A stretch of 64,000 nucleotides of DNA from Bacteroidota bacterium (GTDB lineage: Bacteria > Bacteroidota > Bacteroidia > NS11-12g > UBA9320). Under the pieces are notes generated by a model. That model saw only the letters and a program-made list of their open reading frames with translations. It was not told the origin of the DNA and did not search any database. The DNA is taken from contig JAHEGS010000006.1 in NCBI GenBank assembly GCA_024645005.1, forward strand, positions 21,981-85,980, written 5' to 3'. This document shows positions 17,800-27,909 of this stretch, piece by piece. The position numbers and the translations under genes are program-made. The stretch's first letter is position 1, and each line of letters starts with the position of its first letter.

Positions 17800-18819
17800 G
17801 TGAAAAACGGACTTAAGCATCTAAAGAAATTCATAAATAATCATGAACATAATTGCATTGTCTTGGTAGACAAGCATACTTATGCATCGTGCTACCCTTT
17901 GTTAGATACAAATGTTCCTCATATTTTGGTTCCATATGGTGAAAATTATAAGAATTTAAATAGTTGTGAATACATCTGGAAAAAACTGGTAGAGCTCAAT
18001 GCCAATAGAGATACTAAATTGCTTTGTTTGGGTGGAGGTGTTTTGTGTGATATGGGTGCATTTGCAGGTACATGTTACCAAAGGGGGATTTCTGTAGTAT
18101 TGGCACCCACTTCACTGCTAGCTATGGTAGATGCAAGTATTGGAGGTAAAAATGGTGTTGATTTTTTAGGATTAAAAAATTACATCGGTACTTTTAACAA
18201 GCCCAGTCAAACTTTTATTTGTCCTGAATTTTTAAATACGCTACCCTATCCAGAAATGGTGAATGGTTTTATTGAGATGCTAAAACATGGTTTAATCGCC
18301 AGTAAATCACATTATGATCATGTTAAATTATTTTTTTTGAAAGATAGATATGCTATCACTCCGAATTTAATTGATGATTCCATCGCTATTAAAACGCGAA
18401 TAGTCGAGGATGATTTTTTAGATTTAGGAGTGCGAAGGAGATTAAACTTTGGTCATACCATTGGTCATGCTATTGAAGCAAACAGTCTTCGAATTAATGA
18501 AGAAAATGAAGCATTGTCTCATGGAATTTCTGTTGCTTTGGGAATGGTTGTTGAAAGTTATATCAGTCATAAAATTACAGGTTTTTCAGCAAGTCAATTA
18601 AATGAAGTATCGACAGTATTAAGTGGGCTTGTGAAGTCAGTTTACGAGGAGATTCCTGAAGTGAGTGAGTTAATGCCATATTTGATAAGAGATAAGAAAA
18701 ATTATAATAACACAATTAACTGCACATTATTGAAAGAAATTGGTGAAGCAAATCATGATTACGAAGTTGAAGAAGACCTAATAAAAAAGGGACTAGCATA
18801 CCTGAAAAGTTTAAAATGA
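17800..18819 (+). CDS. aroB: 3-dehydroquinate synthase
   Basis: 339 aa. Blocks GGGVLCDMGAFAG, DASIGGKNGV and NFGHTIGHAIE. GTG start, and a 4-nt ATGA overlap with aroA. Confidence 0.85.
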   Translation: MKNGLKHLKKFINNHEHNCIVLVDKHTYASCYPLLDTNVPHILVPYGENYKNLNSCEYIWKKLVELNANRDTKLLCLGGGVLCDMGAFAGTCYQRGISVVLAPTSLLAMVDASIGGKNGVDFLGLKNYIGTFNKPSQTFICPEFLNTLPYPEMVNGFIEMLKHGLIASKSHYDHVKLFFLKDRYAITPNLIDDSIAIKTRIVEDDFLDLGVRRRLNFGHTIGHAIEANSLRINEENEALSHGISVALGMVVESYISHKITGFSASQLNEVSTVLSGLVKSVYEEIPEVSELMPYLIRDKKNYNNTINCTLLKEIGEANHDYEVEEDLIKKGLAYLKSLK

Positions 18820-20054
18820 TTCGATTATCGAATAAAAATAAGCAGTTGTTTGGTGAGGTTCGTTTGCCTAGTTCAAAGAGCATCACAAATCGCATGTTAA
18901 TTCTTAAAAAATTGTATGAACCCGAAATCATACTAGAAAATATATCGTTGGCTAATGATTCTCAGATATTGAGTAATCTATTAAATTCAAATAGTAATCA
19001 TTTCAACGTTCATGACGCTGGAACAGTATATCGCTTTTTAACAGCTTATTGTGCCGTAACTCCAGGTGAGTGGACTATTGAAGGTACGTCAAGACTACAT
19101 GATAGACCGATTGCAGACTTAATTCGTATTCTGCAAGAATTGGGTGCCGAAATAACATATTTAGATAGGGACGGTTATGGACCCATTAAAATTGTTGGGA
19201 AAAAACTGGTAGCAAGTTCAAATTTGATTGACCTTACACAGATTAATAGCAGCCAGTTTGCTTCTGCTTTATTGATGATTGCTCCTGTGATTGACGGAGA
19301 ATTTAATTTTAAAGTGAATACCAAAATGTCCTCATATTCATATGTTCTATTGACTATTGCCTGTCTTAGAAGGATGGGCTTTTCAGTTTGGGTCCGTGGA
19401 TCATATATACAAGTTTCAAAAAAACAGAAATTTGATGGTGAGTATTTTCATATTGAACCAGATTGGAGTTCATTTTATTATTGGATAAGTATGGTCCATC
19501 TTTCTGAAAGTGCTGATTTGTTTTTCCCGGGTATTCGACTAAACAACATGCAAAAAGAAAGAAAGAAACTTTTTGAGATTGGCCATCCTTGTATAGTAAT
19601 GGAAGAATTGAATGACGGTATGCGTATAGTGAAACATACCACAACTGAAAAATATGTATTTCCGGATGAGCTAAATTACAGTCAGTTTCCAGATATTGCT
19701 ATGACCTTTGCAATGATGCTTCCAGCTATTGGATGCAAGCAAGTTATTTTTAAAGGTTTACAAAGTTTGAAACTCAAAGAATGTGACCGTGAACTTGCTA
19801 CAATAGAACATTTAGAAAAAATAGGTGTTGTTTTTAAAGGTCAGGACAATCAATGGTTAATGGATGCTTCTGGTTTTGAGTTGAAGGCTGATACACTTTT
19901 TGAGACCTATAATGATCACAGAATGGCCATGTGTGTAGCTCCTCTCTCATTATTAAAATCCATTCGTATTGATGAAGAAACAGTTGTGAAAAAATCTTAT
20001 CCAAATTTTTGGAAAGATCTAGAAAATATAGGATTTGAAATTGAGTACCTTTGA
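18816..20054 (+). CDS. aroA: 3-phosphoshikimate 1-carboxyvinyltransferase (EPSP synthase)
   Basis: 412 aa. LPSSKSITNRMLIL, AGTVYRFL, LHDRPIADL and NDHRMAMC blocks. Confidence 0.85.
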   Translation: MIRLSNKNKQLFGEVRLPSSKSITNRMLILKKLYEPEIILENISLANDSQILSNLLNSNSNHFNVHDAGTVYRFLTAYCAVTPGEWTIEGTSRLHDRPIADLIRILQELGAEITYLDRDGYGPIKIVGKKLVASSNLIDLTQINSSQFASALLMIAPVIDGEFNFKVNTKMSSYSYVLLTIACLRRMGFSVWVRGSYIQVSKKQKFDGEYFHIEPDWSSFYYWISMVHLSESADLFFPGIRLNNMQKERKKLFEIGHPCIVMEELNDGMRIVKHTTTEKYVFPDELNYSQFPDIAMTFAMMLPAIGCKQVIFKGLQSLKLKECDRELATIEHLEKIGVVFKGQDNQWLMDASGFELKADTLFETYNDHRMAMCVAPLSLLKSIRIDEETVVKKSYPNFWKDLENIGFEIEYL

Positions 20055-20057
20055 ACC

Positions 20058-21113
20058 GTGAATTCTTTTGGAAAAAATATTATTCTTACTTCTTATGGAG
20101 AATCCCATGGTAAAGCTGTTGGTGCAATACTAGACGGATTCCCCGCAGGATTTGAGATAGATATGTCATATATTCAAAGTCAGTTAGACAGAAGAAAGCC
20201 CGGGCAGTCTGCTTTGACAACATCACGAAAAGAGTCTGATTTATTAGATTTACAAAGTGGTGTTTTTGAAGGTAAAACAACCGGAGCACCTATTCATTTT
20301 CAGTTGTTGAATACAGATGCAAAACCAAAAGATTATGATAATCTCAAAGACATTTACAGACCGAGTCATGCAGATTTTACTTACGAAGCAAAATATGGTA
20401 TTAGAGATTATCGAGGAGGAGGGAGAAGTAGTGCAAGAATAACGGCAGGGTGGGTTGCAGCAGGGGCCTTAGTTCAAGACTACCTTCAAAAAAAACAGGG
20501 TGTAATTATATCTAGTTATGTTTCTCAAATAGGATCTGTTTTGATGGAAGATATCAGCCAAAAATATACACAAGCTCAAGTTGATAGTTCACCTGTGCGA
20601 TGTCCTATCGAAAAAACATCAGAGCAGATGATTCAAGCCGTAAATCAAGCAAAGAACTCAAAAGATAGTCTTGGTGGAGTGATTACCTGTGTAATTTCTG
20701 GAGTAAAACCTGGAGTTGGTAATCCTGTTTTTGGAAAATTAAACGCCCATTTAGCTCATGCAATTATGAGTATCAATGCAACCAAAGGTTTTGAGATTGG
20801 TGGTGGGTTTGATATGGCATCAAAATTAGGATCTGAGGTCAATGATTCTTTTGTTAAAGAAGGTGATGCCATTAAAACAAAAAGTAACTTTTCAGGTGGT
20901 ATTCAAGGTGGAATCAGCAACGGTATGGATATTGTTTTTAGAGTAGCTTTTAAACCAACTTCAACCATTGGCGTAGAGCAAAGCACCCTCAATACTTCTC
21001 AAGATGAAGTGATTTTGGAAGCTAGCGGAAGACATGATCCGTGTATAGTGCCAAGGGCAGTGCCAATTGTAGAAACAATGGCAGCATTAGTTCTGGGGGA
21101 TTTGATCATTTAA
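20058..21113 (+). CDS. aroC: Chorismate synthase
   Basis: 351 aa. SYGESHGKAVGAILDG, RRKPGQSALTTSRKE, GGGRSSARIT and GRHDPCIVPRAVP blocks. Confidence 0.9.
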   Translation: MNSFGKNIILTSYGESHGKAVGAILDGFPAGFEIDMSYIQSQLDRRKPGQSALTTSRKESDLLDLQSGVFEGKTTGAPIHFQLLNTDAKPKDYDNLKDIYRPSHADFTYEAKYGIRDYRGGGRSSARITAGWVAAGALVQDYLQKKQGVIISSYVSQIGSVLMEDISQKYTQAQVDSSPVRCPIEKTSEQMIQAVNQAKNSKDSLGGVITCVISGVKPGVGNPVFGKLNAHLAHAIMSINATKGFEIGGGFDMASKLGSEVNDSFVKEGDAIKTKSNFSGGIQGGISNGMDIVFRVAFKPTSTIGVEQSTLNTSQDEVILEASGRHDPCIVPRAVPIVETMAALVLGDLII

Positions 21114-21114
21114 T

Positions 21115-21939
21115 ATGCATCAAGTTATCATTTTTTTATTGAGTATTTATTTGAGATTGGTGAATTTTTTTTCATCTCGATTGGGAGGTAAACATGCCTT
21201 TCTTTTGTTCTGTTACCCTTTTCCTTTAAAGTTAAAGAAACATCAATCTGATTTTTTGAAAACAGGACGTCTTTCCTATGATGATTTCGAAGGAAAACAA
21301 ATTGCTCAATATCAATGGGGTGATGGAAAAGAAGTGATTTTATGTTTACATGGATGGCAAAGTAGTAGCTTTAGATGGAAAAAGTATGTTGAGGCATTCG
21401 ATAAAAATAAATATAAAGTGATTTGTATTGATGCTCCAGCTCACGGAAAGTCAGATGGGGTATTATTTAATGTACCGATGTACTCACGATTAATTCAGCA
21501 ATTGCTTGAACGAAATAAGATAGATTATATACTTTCTCATAGTTTAGGAGCATTCAGTACAATGTACTTGTTGAGTAAAAATCCGGTGTTGTCACCTAAG
21601 AAAGTAATTGCATTAGGTACACCAAATCATGCAGATTATTTTATTGATGAGTTTATAAGAGTTATAGACCTTTCAACCAAGATTAGAGAAAACTTAGTGA
21701 ATTATTTTTCGGATTATTCAGGGATGATTACCAAAGATTTTGATTCAAAGTTATTCGCTAAAAACCAGAACTCTATTGGTTTAATCGTTCATGATCAGAA
21801 TGATAAAGAAGCTCCTTTTGAATATGCTCGAGATATGGCTAAACTTTGGCAAAGATCAACATTTATAGGAACTAAAGGTTTTGGACATAAGTTGAGAGAT
21901 GAATCAGTTGTTCAAGAGGTTGTCAAATTTTTAGAATAG
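21115..21939 (+). CDS. Alpha/beta hydrolase fold protein (specific function unknown)
   Basis: 274 aa. HGWQSS oxyanion region, nucleophile elbow SHSLGA, and a C-terminal GFGHKL histidine region. Starts 1 nt after the aroC stop. Confidence 0.6.
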   Translation: MHQVIIFLLSIYLRLVNFFSSRLGGKHAFLLFCYPFPLKLKKHQSDFLKTGRLSYDDFEGKQIAQYQWGDGKEVILCLHGWQSSSFRWKKYVEAFDKNKYKVICIDAPAHGKSDGVLFNVPMYSRLIQQLLERNKIDYILSHSLGAFSTMYLLSKNPVLSPKKVIALGTPNHADYFIDEFIRVIDLSTKIRENLVNYFSDYSGMITKDFDSKLFAKNQNSIGLIVHDQNDKEAPFEYARDMAKLWQRSTFIGTKGFGHKLRDESVVQEVVKFLE

Positions 21940-22013
21940 TTAATACTTCTAAAATTACTTTACTATTCAATGACTATGGGTATGAGTAAAAAAAAATACC
22001 TAACATTGAAGCC

Positions 22014-23420
22014 ATGAAAAAAATTGCTTTGCATTGGCAAGTAATTATTGCTTTGGTCCTTGGTGTATTATATGCGGTATTAGCAGTAAATATGGGATGG
22101 CAAAGTGTTACAAAAGCTTACATCTCTCCTTTCGGAGATATTTTCATTAACCTATTAAAGCTTATTGCTGTTCCTTTGGTTCTATTTAGTATTATAACAG
22201 GGATAGGAAGTCTAAAAAACATCAAACAACTGGGTAGAGTCGGTGTTAAGACTCTTCTGATTTATGTTGGTACTACAATGAGTGCAATTCTCATTGGTCT
22301 TTTGTTGGTTAATCTTATACAGCCAGGTGAATTTACTTCGAGTGAATCGCGACTTGAAAAAAGAATAGAATATGAACTGTGGTTAGCTGATAATCCGCAT
22401 GTGATATCGTTGGATGAAATCAGTGAATTAGAAAACCCCAGTAATGAAAAACTCATTACAGAGGTTCAGAAAAGAGTAAGTGCTACAGGAATAAGTCCTG
22501 CAGTTCAAGATAAAATTGATAAGGCAAATAATAATAAAAGTAAAGGACCTTTGGCTCCACTTGTAGATATAGTTCCCAAGAATGTGATCGTTGCTCTGGC
22601 TGAAATGGAAATGTTACAGATAATATTTTTTGCGATATTTTTTGGTGTGGTTTTGGTAAACTTAAACGATAAACATGCAAAACCAGTTCGAGAACTTATG
22701 GAGGGATTGAATGAGCTATTTGTTTCTATGGTTAACATCATAATTAAAACAATGCCCTTTTTTGTTTTTGCTTTGATGGCAGGAAGCCTCGTTGAGGCAG
22801 CAGGTGAAAATATGAATAAACTCAAGGAGCAGTTATTGTTTTTGGGACATTATTCATGGGTGGTAGTTTTAGCACTTTTCTTGGTAGCTTATGTGTTCTA
22901 TCCATTCTTGATCCATCTTTTTGTAAGGCGACTTTCAATTACGCAATTTTTAAAGGGAATTAGTAAGGCTCAACTTACAGCTTTTTCAACATCCAGTAGC
23001 ATGGCTACCTTGCCAGTTACAATGGATTGTGTTCATGATAACTTGAAAGTTCCCAAGCCCATTTCAAGCTTTGTATTACCAATAGGTGCAACTGTTAATA
23101 TGGATGGTACAAGTTTATATCAGGCAATAGCTGTAGTAGCAATGGCTCAATTTCATATGATTGATTTATCTTTTGCTCAACAAATGGTCATAGTCTTGAC
23201 TGCTACTCTTGCTAGTATTGGTGCAGCAGCTGTACCAAGTGCAGGTCTCGTATTAATGATTGTTGTATTGGAAAGTGTTGGGTTAAATCCTGCTTGGATT
23301 GCGATTATACTTCCGGTAGATAGAATATTAGATATGTGTAGAACTGTAGTGAATGTTACAGGAGATGCAACAGTTTCCTCTATAATTGCAGCTTCGGAGG
23401 AAGTCAGTGAAAAAAAGTAA
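22014..23420 (+). CDS. Dicarboxylate/amino acid:cation symporter (DAACS/GltP family)
   Basis: 468 aa. Polytopic, with FSTSSSMATLPVT (HP1), GATVNMDGTSLYQ (TM7) and DRILDMCRTVVNVTGD (TM8) signature blocks. Confidence 0.85.
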   Translation: MKKIALHWQVIIALVLGVLYAVLAVNMGWQSVTKAYISPFGDIFINLLKLIAVPLVLFSIITGIGSLKNIKQLGRVGVKTLLIYVGTTMSAILIGLLLVNLIQPGEFTSSESRLEKRIEYELWLADNPHVISLDEISELENPSNEKLITEVQKRVSATGISPAVQDKIDKANNNKSKGPLAPLVDIVPKNVIVALAEMEMLQIIFFAIFFGVVLVNLNDKHAKPVRELMEGLNELFVSMVNIIIKTMPFFVFALMAGSLVEAAGENMNKLKEQLLFLGHYSWVVVLALFLVAYVFYPFLIHLFVRRLSITQFLKGISKAQLTAFSTSSSMATLPVTMDCVHDNLKVPKPISSFVLPIGATVNMDGTSLYQAIAVVAMAQFHMIDLSFAQQMVIVLTATLASIGAAAVPSAGLVLMIVVLESVGLNPAWIAIILPVDRILDMCRTVVNVTGDATVSSIIAASEEVSEKK

Positions 23421-23502
23421 CCGAACAATTATGACTAAAATATGGTTTATCTAATTAGTGTTAAAGAGTCCGTAACTTTTTATTTGTAAAATCAATTAAA
23501 GT

Positions 23503-25569
23503 ATGAAAAAATTAATTTACGCCATCTTTTCGATTCTGATTACAGTCATGGCATCTGCTCAATGTGGGACAGATGAATACAATCATAATTTGGTTAAGGA
23601 TAAGTTATCTGAGGGACAAAACTATGCTGAATATTTAGAGAGCATTTATGACATAAAGTATGATGAGTCAGTTGATTTAAAAACAAAAAAAGCAACTCGA
23701 ACTATTCCAGTCGTTTTTCATGTGATTCATGCCTATGGCGATGAAAATATTAGTAAAGCTCAGATTGAGGACCAATTGCGTGTAGTTAATGAAGATTTTC
23801 AGCGACAAAATGCAGATGCATCCAACACTAGAGATTTTTTTAAAAGCCGAGCAGCAAATTTTAATATTGAATTTAAGTTAGCTCGTATTGCTCCAGATGG
23901 ATCTTACACAGAGGGAATCACTCGTACTTATGATCCTGTAAACATGATTGAAAATTATGAGGATGGTTCTAGTGAGGCTAAATCTACCGTTAGTGCATGG
24001 GACAGAAGCAGGTATCTTAATATTTGGGTCGTCAAAAGAATTGAAAGCAGTCGTGCAGGCACCATACTTGGTTATGCCCAGCTTCCTGGTGGACCTGCAT
24101 CTACAGACGGAATTGTTATGATACATGATCGAGTAGGAACGATTGGGACAGCTAATTCAAGTGGTAAAGGGCGTACACTTACTCACGAAATAGGTCATTG
24201 GTTAGGACTGTATCATCCCTTTCAGGGAGGGTGTTCTGGTAGCGATGGAGTTGATGATACACCACCTGTAGCTGAAGCATCATATGGATGTACAGCTAGT
24301 CAGAATCCGAATACATGTAATACTGATTTCCCCAATGAAATTGATATGGTTGAAAACTACATGGATTATGCCAACGGAAGTTGTATGAATGCTTTTACAA
24401 ATGGTCAATTTGCCCGAGTAAATGGTTTTTTAGCCAGCAATCAATATAGAGCTAGAAATATAGCTGCTTCTAACCTTGTAGCTACTGGAGTAAATACAAA
24501 TCCAGTCTCGATACCCAAAGCAGATTTTTGGTATGATGATCCAGATAAAAAAGTGATTTGTGCTGGTCAGAGTATGAAGTTTAAAGATTTTAGTTACAAT
24601 GGAGATATTACTCAAAGAACTTGGAAATTTGAGGGAGGGACTCCTGCAACATCATCAGCTGTAAATCCAGAAATAGTATACAATACACCTGGAGTTTACA
24701 AGGTAGAACTTGATGTGGCTAATAGTGCTGGTGGTACTACTGCTAGTCAAATTTTATTTGTCACAGTTTTACCTAATGTAGCCGAATCAAAAGCTCCTTT
24801 CGGACAAGATTTTGAGTCAAATACTTCAGTTAACAGTTGGCAGTTTGAGAAGGATCTCTCAGGGAATGGTTGGGAACGGAATACTTTAATTGGCTATTCA
24901 GGAAACAATTCTATTATGGCATATGTTGATGAGAATACACCTCAATCCCTACGTATGAAAGCCATATCAGAAGCGGTTGATGTAAGTGAGTATGAAGTTC
25001 CATTAAATCTACATTTTAAATACGCCTATGCAAGAAGGGTTTCGAGTGCTTCAGAAATATTATTAGTTTTAGGATCAGTTGATTGTGGTCAGTCCTGGGC
25101 TACGCTAAAAGCCTACAACAGCACGAATCTAGTTACGGGTCCAGTATCGCCTAATTGGGAACCCCAATCTAAATCAGACTGGGGAAGGGCTTCAATTAGT
25201 TTGTCCAAATACAAGGATGAAACTAATTTATTCTTAAGATTTGACGTGATTAGTCAGCAAGGAAATTCAGTTTTTATTGATGACATTAATATTGGAGAGT
25301 TTGCCTTATCAACCCCTGAATTATATCAAGAGCAAACATGGAAGGTCACCCCTAATCCAGCTCAAAATAGTTTTATCATTAAAACGGAAAACAATACACC
25401 AAAAGGGAAAATACTTGTCAGGGATTTGACAGGTAGATTACTCTTAGAAGAGCAAATAAATTCAGAACAGATGACTGTAAATTCATCGGGCTTACCCAAT
25501 GGATTATACATATTATCTGTAATGAATGAAAACAAAGTATGGTCTAGTAAGCTTATTATCAGTAAATAA
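23503..25569 (+). CDS. Secreted M43 (pappalysin/ulilysin-like) zinc metalloprotease with PKD domain and T9SS C-terminal sorting domain
   Basis: Signal peptide and zinc motif HEIGHWLGLYHPF. PKD-like module (TWKFEGGTPATSS...PGVYKVELDVANSAGG). Type-A T9SS CTD tail (...LPNGLYILSVMNENKVWSSKLIISK). Confidence 0.8.
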   Translation: MKKLIYAIFSILITVMASAQCGTDEYNHNLVKDKLSEGQNYAEYLESIYDIKYDESVDLKTKKATRTIPVVFHVIHAYGDENISKAQIEDQLRVVNEDFQRQNADASNTRDFFKSRAANFNIEFKLARIAPDGSYTEGITRTYDPVNMIENYEDGSSEAKSTVSAWDRSRYLNIWVVKRIESSRAGTILGYAQLPGGPASTDGIVMIHDRVGTIGTANSSGKGRTLTHEIGHWLGLYHPFQGGCSGSDGVDDTPPVAEASYGCTASQNPNTCNTDFPNEIDMVENYMDYANGSCMNAFTNGQFARVNGFLASNQYRARNIAASNLVATGVNTNPVSIPKADFWYDDPDKKVICAGQSMKFKDFSYNGDITQRTWKFEGGTPATSSAVNPEIVYNTPGVYKVELDVANSAGGTTASQILFVTVLPNVAESKAPFGQDFESNTSVNSWQFEKDLSGNGWERNTLIGYSGNNSIMAYVDENTPQSLRMKAISEAVDVSEYEVPLNLHFKYAYARRVSSASEILLVLGSVDCGQSWATLKAYNSTNLVTGPVSPNWEPQSKSDWGRASISLSKYKDETNLFLRFDVISQQGNSVFIDDINIGEFALSTPELYQEQTWKVTPNPAQNSFIIKTENNTPKGKILVRDLTGRLLLEEQINSEQMTVNSSGLPNGLYILSVMNENKVWSSKLIISK

Positions 25570-27887
25570 TGTCAAAAAATTTAGTTATAGTAGAGTCCCC
25601 TGCCAAGGCAAAGACAATTGAGAAATTTTTAGGTGATGGTTTCACTGTTAAGTCTAGTTTTGGTCACATACGTGATTTAGCCAAAGGTGACTCAGCTATA
25701 GATATTGAAAAGGGATATTTACCCAATTATATCGTGTCGACCGATAAGAAAAAGATTGTTACTGAATTAAAAAAGCTCGCAAAAGATGCCGATATGGTTT
25801 GGCTTGCATCGGATGAGGATCGTGAGGGAGAAGCAATATCATGGCACTTGTCGGAGGTTTTAGGTTTGAAACCAAATAATACGAAGCGGATTGTATTTCA
25901 TGAAATTACAAAGTCTGCAATTTTACATGCCATAGATAATCCCAGAGATATTGACAATAATCTTGTTAAAGCTCAACAAGCAAGAAGAGTGCTAGATCGA
26001 CTAGTAGGATTTCAACTTTCTCCTGTTCTTTGGAGAAAGGTAAAACCATCATTGAGTGCTGGAAGAGTTCAAAGTGTGGCTGTTAGGCTGATAGTTGAAC
26101 GAGAAAAACAAATTGAAGATTTTGTATCCACATCAAGTTTTAAGTTACAAGGATCATTTCTGACCAAAGGAAAGCCTATTCGAGCAGATTTGGGCAAAAG
26201 ACCACCATCCCTTGAGGATGCCAATGCATTTTTAACGAACTGTAAAGGTGCAGAGTTTCAGGTAGGTTCAATTAAAACCGTGCCAGCAAAAAGGCATCCA
26301 TCAGCACCATTTACCACATCAACTCTACAGCAGGAGGCAAGCAGAAAGTTAGGATTTAACGTTTCAAGAACAATGATGCTTGCACAGCGATTGTATGAGA
26401 ATGGACATATTACATACATGAGAACAGATTCTGTGAATCTCTCGGATTTTGCCAGAAAAGGTGCTCAGAATACCATATGTCAAGAGTATGGAGAGCAATA
26501 TTCAAAACCGAGGAAGTATTCTACAAAAAATGATAGTGCACAGGAAGCTCATGAGGCGATAAGGCCTACAAATTTTGATATAAATAATGCTGGAGATGAT
26601 GATGCACAGAAAAGACTCTACCAGCTGATCTGGAAAAGAGCAATTGCTTCTCAAATGAGTGATGCCCAACTTGAACGAACTACTATCGATATTGTCAATA
26701 ATAAAAATATAGAAGTATTCAAGGCAAAAGGAGAGGTGATAAAATTTGATGGATTTTTAAAAGTATATCTTGAAGGTACAGATGATGAGAATGAAGAGGA
26801 AGACAGTGGGCTTCTACCTCAAGTTTCTGAGGGACAAACTCTTGATTTAGTTGAAATTAAAGCTACTCAGAGATTTACAAGACCACCTGCTAGGTTTACT
26901 GAAGCCAGTTTGGTAAAACGATTAGAAGAATTGGGTATAGGTAGACCATCTACTTACGCACCAACAATATCAACTGTTCAAAAAAGAGGATATGTTGTAA
27001 AAGACGAAATAGATGGTAAATCACGATCTTATGATGTTCTTACATTAAAGAACAATGAAATTGTGAATGAAAAGCTAAAAGAGAATTATGGAGCTGATAA
27101 AAATAAACTACATCCAAGTGATATTGGGAGGGTTGTTACTGATTTTCTAATTGAACACTTTAGTGAGATTATGGATTTTGGATTCACCGCAAGTGTGGAG
27201 AAAGAATTTGATGAAATTGCCGAAGGGATGAAAAATTGGTCTCAAATGATCGATGATTTTTATCAACCATTTAGTAAAAATGTAACTAAAACATTAGAAA
27301 ATGCGGGAAGGGCAACTGGTGAAAGAGCCCTAGGCAACGATCCCAAAACAGGTAAGCCTATTATAGCAAGAATCGGTCGTTTTGGTCCTATGGTTCAAAT
27401 TGGTGAGCAAGACGATGAGGACAAACCTCGATTTGCTAGTCTTACTAAAGGTCAAAACATAAACAATATTACTTTAGAAGAAGCTTTAGATTTATTCAAA
27501 ATGCCCCGTATTCTTGGTGTATATGAAGACAAGGATGTCAAAGCTAATATTGGAAGATTTGGTCCTTATGTACAGCATCAAAAAATGTTTGTATCCATTC
27601 CTAAAGATGAGGATGTAATGACTATTGAATTAGATAGAGCTATTGAGCTAATTGAGGCTAAGAAACTAGCCGATGCTAATCGAATAATTAAAACATTTGA
27701 AGAGGATCCTGATACAGAAATTCTTAATGGGAGATGGGGGCCATATATTAAGTCTGGTAAAAAGAATTATAAATTACCAAAAGACCTTGAGGATCCATCT
27801 AAATTATCGTTAGATGAGGTGAAGCATATTATGGAAAATCAACCTGTAAAAGGAAAACGAAAGGCTAAAAAATCGGCAAAAAAATAG
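25569..27887 (+). CDS. topA: DNA topoisomerase I
   Basis: 772 aa. TOPRIM N-terminus (LVIVESPAKAKTIEKFLG...DEDREGE), active-site region ITYMRTDS, and a lysine-rich C-terminus. Its ATG shares one base with the protease TAA (TAATG). Confidence 0.95.
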   Translation: MSKNLVIVESPAKAKTIEKFLGDGFTVKSSFGHIRDLAKGDSAIDIEKGYLPNYIVSTDKKKIVTELKKLAKDADMVWLASDEDREGEAISWHLSEVLGLKPNNTKRIVFHEITKSAILHAIDNPRDIDNNLVKAQQARRVLDRLVGFQLSPVLWRKVKPSLSAGRVQSVAVRLIVEREKQIEDFVSTSSFKLQGSFLTKGKPIRADLGKRPPSLEDANAFLTNCKGAEFQVGSIKTVPAKRHPSAPFTTSTLQQEASRKLGFNVSRTMMLAQRLYENGHITYMRTDSVNLSDFARKGAQNTICQEYGEQYSKPRKYSTKNDSAQEAHEAIRPTNFDINNAGDDDAQKRLYQLIWKRAIASQMSDAQLERTTIDIVNNKNIEVFKAKGEVIKFDGFLKVYLEGTDDENEEEDSGLLPQVSEGQTLDLVEIKATQRFTRPPARFTEASLVKRLEELGIGRPSTYAPTISTVQKRGYVVKDEIDGKSRSYDVLTLKNNEIVNEKLKENYGADKNKLHPSDIGRVVTDFLIEHFSEIMDFGFTASVEKEFDEIAEGMKNWSQMIDDFYQPFSKNVTKTLENAGRATGERALGNDPKTGKPIIARIGRFGPMVQIGEQDDEDKPRFASLTKGQNINNITLEEALDLFKMPRILGVYEDKDVKANIGRFGPYVQHQKMFVSIPKDEDVMTIELDRAIELIEAKKLADANRIIKTFEEDPDTEILNGRWGPYIKSGKKNYKLPKDLEDPSKLSLDEVKHIMENQPVKGKRKAKKSAKK

Positions 27888-27909
27888 TGTTTTATGCTAC
27901 TTTAAGTCG

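Noticed and set aside
17800-21939. aroB-aroA-aroC plus the alpha/beta hydrolase, considered as a specialised-metabolite cluster.
   Set aside because: These are the standard shikimate-pathway enzymes at normal lengths with overlapping or adjacent starts. There is no tailoring, NRPS/PKS or transporter gene, and the hydrolase alone is not evidence for a pathway.
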